Positions 8,695-15,999 of a stretch of 64,000 nucleotides of DNA are shown here, piece after piece (position 1 is the stretch's first letter; each line of letters opens with the position of its first letter). This stretch comes from Candidatus Woesearchaeota archaeon (lineage in GTDB: Archaea; Nanobdellota; Nanobdellia; SCGC-AAA011-G17; UBA489): NCBI GenBank assembly GCA_964344635.1, contig CAYFOE010000002.1:34953-98952 (forward strand), in the 5' to 3' direction. The notes under the pieces are model-generated. The model was not told the origin of the DNA. It saw nothing but the letters and a program-made list of their open reading frames with translations, and ran no database searches. Position numbers and translations under genes: made by a program.

Positions 8695-10158
8695 TTAATT
8701 TGGTTTAATAACCTTTCCAACCACACTCCTCAACATGTGGTCTACAACTTCGATATCGTAACTCTTTCTAATATCTATTTTTTCTTTGACGCCCACAATT
8801 AGTGGATAACTGCCCATTTGTCTTCCAAATGTGTGATTTCCATCATGAACTTCCATCCAGACGTCTTTCAAGATTGTGCCTTTTGGGACTAGTTTCTTTA
8901 ACATTTCAAAATCGATTTCTTTTCTTATTTTGTTTCTCCATTTCCAGTAGTTTGATTTGTTTTTCCTAATGAACTTGGTTCCTACATCCCACATTGCTGT
9001 TTCGGGCATGGGTGTAACTTGCCTGATGTTGATTCTTCTTAACAAAAGTCCTTCATCTAGCATCTTCTTTAGGTATTCGTAATTTATGCCTCCGGTTTTT
9101 TTGGATTCGTTTTTTAAACCGAATACTAGGTTCAGTCCAGGTAGTAGGTACTGCATTCCATTTGGTCCTCTTTTACTTCCAAATTTATTGATTATTCTAA
9201 CTGCTTTCATTGCAACTTCTGGTGCAGTGTTCAAGGTGTTGGCCTTAACTACTTCCATGTCAAAGCTTTCAACACCAAATGCGGCAACATTTCCTTCGGT
9301 ACAATGTTTAACAACTAGTTTGGTTCTTTCTTCATCGACTAAAGAAGGAATAACATTATCTATATGTAAACAGTTTAGTTTTAGCTTGCTTTCTCTTCCG
9401 ATGGGTTTCAATAATTTTTCAATTTCTTTGGTATTGATTCCTTTGTAACTAAAGAAGCAGGATTGTTTTCCTAGTCTGAAGTTTCTTTCTCCTAGGTCAT
9501 AAAATTTTTTGATTTCTTTATGGATGTCTTTTTGTTCTCGCCATTCTACTCTCGATTTCAGGGGTTCTGTGCAAAAACTACATTTGCCCATGATGCAACC
9601 TCTTCCAGTTTCAATCTCGATCATTTTTGGCCAAGGGATTTGTTTAGCGATTGAGGCTCCTTTAACTGCTAACGGGGCTAGATCGTCGTAATCTCCAAAG
9701 ACTTCGCCCATTCTTCCGTCGAATATATCTCCGGGAATTCTTTCGGCAACTCTTCCGCCTTGAAGTTGTGTTCCTGTACTGACTACTGGTCCGTATAGGA
9801 TTTTTTTGGCATTGATTTTGTCTAAGAATAGTTTTAATTCTCTGATTGTTCCTGGCAGTGCGCTCAAATATTTTCCGGGTGTTTGGATTCCTACAACACA
9901 GTAGAGTGTTTTGGTTTTTTCTAGGACTTCGCCAATATTTTTCCTGGTTAGGTTATAAATTTTGATATCTGTTTTTCTGGATCTCTTTTCTTTGTTTTTA
10001 TGATTGAAGTAGAATCTTAAATCGTCAATGGTGATGTAATTAACTTTTCCTTTCAAGTGTCCTGCTAGGTATCTAGGATGTACACCTAGATAGGGTGGAA
10101 CTCCTAGGCCTGCTGGCTCATCTGTGTAACAATCTAAGATTGTATCTTCATGTATCAT
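8695..10158 (-). CDS. radical SAM-like enzyme with non-canonical CX4CX2C cysteine spacing; 12 nt upstream of dph5 and probably co-transcribed
   Basis: IETGRGCIMGKCSFCTEP. The tabulated ORF starts at a TTG (10188); the first ATG at 10158 gives MIHEDTILDCYTDEPAGLG. About 487 aa. Confidence 0.45.
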   Translation of the reverse strand: MIHEDTILDCYTDEPAGLGVPPYLGVHPRYLAGHLKGKVNYITIDDLRFYFNHKNKEKRSRKTDIKIYNLTRKNIGEVLEKTKTLYCVVGIQTPGKYLSALPGTIRELKLFLDKINAKKILYGPVVSTGTQLQGGRVAERIPGDIFDGRMGEVFGDYDDLAPLAVKGASIAKQIPWPKMIEIETGRGCIMGKCSFCTEPLKSRVEWREQKDIHKEIKKFYDLGERNFRLGKQSCFFSYKGINTKEIEKLLKPIGRESKLKLNCLHIDNVIPSLVDEERTKLVVKHCTEGNVAAFGVESFDMEVVKANTLNTAPEVAMKAVRIINKFGSKRGPNGMQYLLPGLNLVFGLKNESKKTGGINYEYLKKMLDEGLLLRRINIRQVTPMPETAMWDVGTKFIRKNKSNYWKWRNKIRKEIDFEMLKKLVPKGTILKDVWMEVHDGNHTFGRQMGSYPLIVGVKEKIDIRKSYDIEVVDHMLRSVVGKVIKPN

Positions 10159-10159
10159 T

Positions 10160-10675
10160 TTAGTATCTTGAAAGGATTTTGTATGCAAAGCTCAAAATAA
10201 ATCCTGAAACAAAAGAAATAACCAATGCTTCATTGAGGTAACTGTTGATTCCAAAATGAATCAAGACTATTGCAGGTAATACGAAATAGAATAGGTTCTC
10301 AAATAATAAATTTTTCTTCCAATTTAAACTTGATTCTAGCATTCCGAACCAGAATATTAGGGCTGCGATTACAACTCCTGATTTGGCTGCAACAAAGGGA
10401 ATGAATATTGCAAAGACTGGATATGCATTTTTGATAAAAAATCCGAACAACAAACCTACAAAGAATAATCCGTAGGTCCAGTGAGTCATATCAGTAAAAA
10501 TTAATGAAAGTGAAACCAGTCCAATAACTATGGCTATGGCCATTTGGAAATACTTATAGTAGATTTTTCCTGGAACCATTTCTTCGGGTGAAATCTTCTT
10601 CAGGATGTATCCTGAGATAAGGCCTAAATAGGCGAATAATACTAACCAAATTGCCATTGTCTCTAAAAAAACCAT
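10160..10675 (-). CDS. polytopic membrane protein, hypothetical
   Basis: 171 aa and almost entirely hydrophobic helices. ATG start. Confidence 0.4.
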   Translation of the reverse strand: MVFLETMAIWLVLFAYLGLISGYILKKISPEEMVPGKIYYKYFQMAIAIVIGLVSLSLIFTDMTHWTYGLFFVGLLFGFFIKNAYPVFAIFIPFVAAKSGVVIAALIFWFGMLESSLNWKKNLLFENLFYFVLPAIVLIHFGINSYLNEALVISFVSGFILSFAYKILSRY

Positions 10676-10733
10676 AATCTTAGTCAGAGGGTAGCATATA
10701 AAAAGGTTTTCAGAATCAGATTATTAGATTAAA

Positions 10734-12791
10734 ATGTGCGGAATTATTGGGGCAATCAATCATATAGATCATAAGAAACTTGCTAGCAAGGCTCTCAAAG
10801 AGATAATTTATAGGGGGATTGACAATCAAGATTCCATATCTACAAAAAACTTCACATTCTCCCATTGTCTGCATTCTGTTGTTGGGAATAAACCTCAGCC
10901 TTTAGAAAATGATGATTTTATATTTTTGACAAATTGTGAGATCTATAATTGGGAAGAATTAAATGAGAGGTATAATTTTGATTCAGAGAATGATGCTGAG
11001 CTTCTGTTTAATCTTTTGACAACTCAAAAACTTGAGAAGGTTCTTCCTCAGTTGGATGGTGTTTTTGCATTTGCTTTGTATGATAAGAAAACAAAAAAGA
11101 CTGTGCTTGCGAGGGATCTTCTGGGTGTAAAACCTATTTGGTTCCACCATGACAAACATTTATTGTTCGCATCTGAAAAAAAGGCGATAGAATCCAAAGA
11201 GGTAGATCCTGAAGAACTAAATCCAAGAAAGATAATAATTTATGATCACCAAACAAAGAAGTTGGAGTTTTCTCAACAAGAGTTTTTTAGGATAGATCAT
11301 AGAGAGATAGATTTAAACAAAGAAAAGAAAAAAATAAAGGAACTTTTAGAGGATGCAGTAATCAAAAGAATACCTTCTAAGGGCCTAGGGGTGCTATTTT
11401 CTGGAGGTATTGACTCTACACTGCTTGCACATATTTTGAAGCAGAATAATGTTGATTTCACTGCGTACATGACTGTTTCTGAGACTAAGTCTAAGGAGAT
11501 TGAGAATGCTAAGAACATTGCTGAAAGATTAGGCTTCAAACTAAAATTAGTAAAGATTAACAAATCTATATTAAAGGAAGAACTTCCAAACATTATCCGA
11601 CTTATTGAGACTGCAGATCCGGTAAAGGTTGAAGTTGGGGCTACAATGTATTTTTCGTTGAAGGAGGCTCAAAAAGATAGGATGAAGGTTATCTTCTCGG
11701 GTGTGGGTGCAGATGATATTTTTGTGGGTTATAAACGGATGCATATGTCCCAGGATGTTTCTTTAGATTCACTTTCAAACTTGAGGAGAATTTATGAACG
11801 TGACTTGTATAGGGATGATGTTCTTTCAATGGCGAACAATATTGAGTTACGTTTACCTTATTTGGATAAAAAGTTGGTTCAAGCTTGTTTGAATGTTCCT
11901 AATGAGTATAAGATTTCTGATACTCCTAAAACTTTGTTGAGAGAAATTGCTAGAGATTTGAAACTTCCAAGAGAATTTTCTGAACTTAAGAGGAATGCCG
12001 CACAGTATAGTAGTGGTATTGGGAAGCTTACTTCTTCTTTGGTTAAGGATTCTAAGGTTCCTTACAAGGGTAAGTATTTTTCTAATATCTTAAAAGGGAA
12101 GAATTTGAGGCTGGGAGCTCTTCTCTCTACTGGGAAGGATAGTGTGTATGCTTTTCACATACAGGATAGGCTAAACTATGAGATTGCATCTTTGATTACT
12201 ATTGATTCTCAGAATAAAGATTCTTACATGTACCATACTCCTACTATTAATTTAGCTAAAAAACAATCTGAATCCCTAAATATTCCGTTGATTATTGAAA
12301 AAACTGTTGGAAAAAAGGAGGTTGAATTAAAGGAACTTGAAAAGGCATTGTCTAAGGCTAAAAGAGTGCATAGGATTCAGGGAATTACTACGGGTGCTTT
12401 GTTTTCTAATTACCAGAGAACTAGGATTGAGGAAATTTGTGATAAACTAAATTTGAAATGTTACTCGCCGCTCTGGCATATGGATCAGGAAAAAGAGATG
12501 GAGTACTTGATTAATAATGGTTATAAGTTCATAATGACTAAGGTTGCTGCTGATGGTTTGGATAAATCTTGGTTGGGTAAAATAATTTCAGAGGATCATC
12601 TAAAAAAATTGGTTCAATTGAATAAGAAGAATTATCTTAACATTGCAGGTGAGGGTGGTGAGTTTGAGACTTTGGTTTTGGATGCACCTATGTTCAAAAA
12701 ACAGATTATAATAAAGGAGTCTGAGGTTTTAGAAGAATCGAAGAATTCGGCAACTTTGGTAATCAAAAAATCGTCTTTAAAGAAAAAATGA
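10734..12791 (+). CDS. fusion protein: AsnB-type class II glutamine amidotransferase / asparagine synthetase domain (aa 1 to about 450) plus a Dph6/MJ0570-family diphthine-ammonia ligase domain (aa about 455 to 685)
   Basis: N-terminus MCGIIG (Cys2 nucleophile), LDGVFAFALYD, the PP-loop SGGIDSTLLAHIL. C-terminus has a second PP-loop LSTGKDSVYAFH, then DSYMYHTPT, SPLWHMDQEKEM, KVAADGLDKSWLGK, EGGEFETLVLDAPMFKK. Confidence 0.75.
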   Translation: MCGIIGAINHIDHKKLASKALKEIIYRGIDNQDSISTKNFTFSHCLHSVVGNKPQPLENDDFIFLTNCEIYNWEELNERYNFDSENDAELLFNLLTTQKLEKVLPQLDGVFAFALYDKKTKKTVLARDLLGVKPIWFHHDKHLLFASEKKAIESKEVDPEELNPRKIIIYDHQTKKLEFSQQEFFRIDHREIDLNKEKKKIKELLEDAVIKRIPSKGLGVLFSGGIDSTLLAHILKQNNVDFTAYMTVSETKSKEIENAKNIAERLGFKLKLVKINKSILKEELPNIIRLIETADPVKVEVGATMYFSLKEAQKDRMKVIFSGVGADDIFVGYKRMHMSQDVSLDSLSNLRRIYERDLYRDDVLSMANNIELRLPYLDKKLVQACLNVPNEYKISDTPKTLLREIARDLKLPREFSELKRNAAQYSSGIGKLTSSLVKDSKVPYKGKYFSNILKGKNLRLGALLSTGKDSVYAFHIQDRLNYEIASLITIDSQNKDSYMYHTPTINLAKKQSESLNIPLIIEKTVGKKEVELKELEKALSKAKRVHRIQGITTGALFSNYQRTRIEEICDKLNLKCYSPLWHMDQEKEMEYLINNGYKFIMTKVAADGLDKSWLGKIISEDHLKKLVQLNKKNYLNIAGEGGEFETLVLDAPMFKKQIIIKESEVLEESKNSATLVIKKSSLKKK

Positions 12792-12958
12792 GTCTGATAA
12801 TAACAGTTAAATGTACTAAGTGTGGAAAACTTCAAAAAATGGAGCTTAGACAGCCTAAAATTACTGTTTTTAATAAGCCTGATTTGACAAAGAAGAGGAA
12901 AAAGTGTGTTTGGTGTGAAAAATCTTTTAAAATTGATAGGGATTCTATTGTCAAATAG
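12788..12958 (+). CDS. small zinc-ribbon protein (56 aa); ATG overlaps the stop of the preceding gene
   Basis: MSLIITVKCTKCGKLQKMELRQPKITVFNKPDLTKKRKKCVWCEKSFKIDRDSIVK, with a CxxC...CxxC arrangement. Absent from the ORF table (under 60 aa). Confidence 0.35.
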   Translation: MSLIITVKCTKCGKLQKMELRQPKITVFNKPDLTKKRKKCVWCEKSFKIDRDSIVK

Positions 12959-12990
12959 CTTAAATATTTCTTGTACTCCTATAATTTACA

Positions 12991-13989
12991 GTGATTCGTT
13001 GGAGTGCCTCTAAAATTAAGTCTGCAACTACTTGTGCGCATATGATTTTTTTAAGGTATTTAAAAAAGGTTCAGGATCAGATGAGTGTGCCTCTTGCGGC
13101 GGGACTTTACATCCATTCTGGTTGTGAAAAATTTAATAATCCGAAATTGAAGAGGAGAAATTTTAAATCTTCGGAGAGTTATGCTAATTCTAGGGTTGGT
13201 ACTTGGAAAAGTTTTGTTGCATCAAAAGGTGTTTATGCAGGTCAGGAGATAGAGGAGAGTTTTGATGGGGAGATTTGGGCTGCGGCAGAGGGAATAATTA
13301 AGCCTTGTTCGCAAAGTTTTTATGAAACTTTTTGTGGGAGGGAAAAACCAATTGCCTCTGAAAGAAAGTTTACGTTGTCTGCTGGAGATTTTAGGATAAC
13401 TGGAGGTATTGATTGTATTGATCCGAATTTGGTTTATTGGGATTTTAAGAGTGGTTGGGGCGATAACCCCCCTACTAAGGAAACTTTGCAGAATGATTAT
13501 CAGTTTACGATTTATTCTGCTGCTTTGCCTTTGATTCTTGCTAGTGACCCGGTTCTAGCCAGCTTATCCGATTTAACTGATGCCCAAAGAAAAGCTCTTA
13601 GGGTGGATCCTTTGTCGCTTATGGAGGAAGTGGAGGGTAGATACTTTCACCTAAAGTCTGGAATTTTTGTTCCAACGAGAAGGACTAAGTCTGATTTGAT
13701 AGATCTCTTAAACACTATTGAGGCGCAGTCAATAAGGTTTGAACAAGGTGATTTTACTAGGTCTAAGGGAAAGCATTGTGATTGGTGCCATGTGCGGGAT
13801 GCATGCCATGCTGAAACTCTTGAAGATGAGATTGAGTTTCGTAATATAAAGAAAGAGAATGATGGGTCTTTGTTGTTTCCTCCGAGGAGGGATTTGACTT
13901 TTTATACTGGGGTTCCTTCTAATACAAGGTTGGTTTCTAAGCCTTCTAGGAGGAAGAAGAAACTTCAGGAACCTAATTTGTTTGATTAA
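12991..13989 (+). CDS. PD-(D/E)xK nuclease of the Cas4/RecB family with Fe-S cluster cysteines (solo Cas4-like)
   Basis: GGIDCID...VYWDFKSG (D...D-x-K), QNDYQFTIYSAA (QhxxY), N-terminal Cys (ATTCAHM) plus the C-terminal CDWCHVRDAC (C-x2-C-x5-C). GTG start. Confidence 0.6.
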   Translation: MIRWSASKIKSATTCAHMIFLRYLKKVQDQMSVPLAAGLYIHSGCEKFNNPKLKRRNFKSSESYANSRVGTWKSFVASKGVYAGQEIEESFDGEIWAAAEGIIKPCSQSFYETFCGREKPIASERKFTLSAGDFRITGGIDCIDPNLVYWDFKSGWGDNPPTKETLQNDYQFTIYSAALPLILASDPVLASLSDLTDAQRKALRVDPLSLMEEVEGRYFHLKSGIFVPTRRTKSDLIDLLNTIEAQSIRFEQGDFTRSKGKHCDWCHVRDACHAETLEDEIEFRNIKKENDGSLLFPPRRDLTFYTGVPSNTRLVSKPSRRKKKLQEPNLFD

Positions 13990-15200
13990 TAGTTGTTTGG
14001 GTCTACTTCTTCGTAGGTTCCGCCGATTCTTATTTCGTCGTAATAAACGTAGTTGTTCATTCTTGCGCTTGGCCCTCGATACAATCCAACTTTAAGATTT
14101 TTTGGTGTGGGGTTATACATGTTGATTCCATAAAATGGGTCTGCTGTGAATAATTCTCCGTTCAACCATCCCCGGATATATCCGTCGGTGTCTGTTGACC
14201 ATTTTATTTCAAATATTATGTCGTTCCATTCTCCTAGGTTGATTTCTTTTTCTGCAATGGATGCTGCTGGTGTTTCGGGTGTTGGTTTCCATACTAATCC
14301 GATTCCTTTTTCTCCGGTTATTAGTTCGGCATATTCTAGGTGTAGTGATGGTGGCATTCTTTTTCCGTCATAGAGGTCAAACCAGTCTTCCCAGGTTTGT
14401 CCATTACCTATGTCAGGCCTATGGAACCATTGTCCTATGATGTTGAAATTGTCTGGTGCGCTTATGTTGTATTCGTAACCTGGTGGGAAGTAGATACTCC
14501 ATCCGTAGAATATTGGTTCTCCGTTCATTGGGTATTGGTCTGCGTATTCTTCTCTTAGTGATAATTCTGCCCTACTTTTGTTTGTTGGCCAGTCTGCAGG
14601 GACAGCATAGTCCAGGTAGCTTACATTGAATTTTAGTGAGTAGTCTCCGTTCCTTGAAATATCGTCTACGATGGTTATTGATTCTGAATTGTTTATTTGT
14701 AGGTTCCAAAAACTAGAGATTCCTCCGTCGTCTACATTAGTTTCTAAGGATAGTATTCCCATTGCTGCTTGGACTATTGCAGTGACTGTTATGTTTCTAA
14801 TATGGTTTATCGAACTTCCTTCAAACATGTAACTTAGGTTTAAGTCTTCATTGACTAGTTCGTTTGAGTTAAAACTGCAACCACTCATTGTGAAGATTAA
14901 TTCTTCTCCGTTTTCTAGTACATAATTACTTGGTGGGTTTGAACAGTCTGCGTGGTTTATTGATATTTCACTTAGGTCTCTGCCTAGGCTATTCAAAACA
15001 ACTAAATTGATAGAGTCTTCATGGACTACAAAGTCTTTACAAAACAAACCTGGCCCTAGAATACATGATTCACTGACAAAACCTGCACTGTCCCTCTCCC
15101 AGAACACGTTCAAAGCTCCAATTGCTACTATTGCAACTAGTATTGTCCAACCGTAGGATGCTAAAAATTCCATAGCTGCCTGCCCTCTTTTTAAATACAT
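13986..15200 (-). CDS. pilin-like surface protein: class III (DUF361-type) signal peptide plus a C-terminal jelly-roll (lyase/lectin-like) domain. Its N-terminal region is paralogous to 6037..7935.
   Basis: MYLKRGQAAMEFLASYGWTILVAIVAIGAL. The conserved N-terminal region CILGPGLFCKDFVVHEDSINLVVLNSLGRD matches CFLGPGLSCDDFAVYEDSISMSVRNSLGKD in the paralog. C-terminus ...KVGLYRGPSARMNNYVYYDEIRIGG. Confidence 0.55.
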   Translation of the reverse strand: MYLKRGQAAMEFLASYGWTILVAIVAIGALNVFWERDSAGFVSESCILGPGLFCKDFVVHEDSINLVVLNSLGRDLSEISINHADCSNPPSNYVLENGEELIFTMSGCSFNSNELVNEDLNLSYMFEGSSINHIRNITVTAIVQAAMGILSLETNVDDGGISSFWNLQINNSESITIVDDISRNGDYSLKFNVSYLDYAVPADWPTNKSRAELSLREEYADQYPMNGEPIFYGWSIYFPPGYEYNISAPDNFNIIGQWFHRPDIGNGQTWEDWFDLYDGKRMPPSLHLEYAELITGEKGIGLVWKPTPETPAASIAEKEINLGEWNDIIFEIKWSTDTDGYIRGWLNGELFTADPFYGINMYNPTPKNLKVGLYRGPSARMNNYVYYDEIRIGGTYEEVDPNNY

Positions 15201-15263
15201 AATATTAAGTTAATGAAAATTTATTTAAAAGTTTTTAAAATTTAGATACTTTGAATGTCTCTC

Positions 15264-15668
15264 TTATTGAGTATATTTATCATACCCATACGCTTCAGTT
15301 GGATTAAAATGTATTTTCTCAGCTATTCTAGGTTTTATTAAACCAGCTTCAGTATCACTTGTAAGAATTCTGGAATATTTTCTTAAGTTGATATCCAATT
15401 TATCTTTAAAATTTCTATAATGAGTTTTGTCATAATAGTCTATTTTAACTTCTCTCAAAATTATGTCAAATCCTTTTCGATCCCACACAAAGATTATCCT
15501 AAGATGTTTCTTATCGATCAAAAATCTCTTTTCATAAAATAACATTGAAAAAACTGCACCACCTAAAATGGTTTGATCTCGTTTTTTTACAAGCCTATTC
15601 TGAGAAATTTTATATTTTAAATCTTTAGAGCCACTTTCTTTTAAAATTTGATCTCCAATTCTTAACAA
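15264..15668 (-). CDS. hypothetical protein
   Basis: 134-aa ORF with a TTG start and no motifs. Confidence 0.25.
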   Translation of the reverse strand: MLRIGDQILKESGSKDLKYKISQNRLVKKRDQTILGGAVFSMLFYEKRFLIDKKHLRIIFVWDRKGFDIILREVKIDYYDKTHYRNFKDKLDINLRKYSRILTSDTEAGLIKPRIAEKIHFNPTEAYGYDKYTQ

Positions 15669-15868
15669 ATAATCAGTTCAGTTTAGAAATTATTTTATCA
15701 ATCTTAGTAGTATTATTACGTCTAGGTTTAATTCTCCCTCTTAAAGGTTCATAGGATTCACCACTTTCCATAAGCTTCTTTTAACAATTTCGTTTATATA
15801 ATTTGTTATCCTAGATAACTAATGTTTAAAGATAAAAATTTCTTCCGGCTTTGTACCTCGAGGTTGAG

Positions 15869-15951
15869 CGCCACGACCCGGATTTGAACCGGGATACCCC
15901 GAAGGGTCTGGATTAGCAGTCCAGTGCGATACCAGGTTACGCGATCGTGGC
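15869..15951 (-). tRNA. tRNA-Ser (anticodon GCU), long variable arm, no encoded CCA
   Basis: The reverse complement reads GCCACGA..CTGGA-CTGCTAA-TCCAG..(long variable arm CCCTTCGGGG)..CCGGG-TTCAAAT-CCGGG-TCGTGGC-G. A TATA-like CTTATAAAG lies about 30 nt upstream. Confidence 0.7.
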
Positions 15952-15999
15952 AATGATTTGATTCGGTCGGACTTTCTTTATAAGCTTTTATCTTAGAAT

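Noticed and set aside
5310-10188. Tabulated starts at 5310 (nth), 10188 (radical SAM), 46526 (peroxiredoxin), 56956 (ferredoxin), 56180 (PfpI), 59316 (Zn-finger ORF)
   Set aside because: Each tabulated start is a TTG/GTG or an upstream extension. In each case a downstream ATG gives an N-terminus matching family norms, and for the peroxiredoxin it is preceded by a GGAGG. Features were trimmed accordingly, and the originals were kept only where no better start existed.
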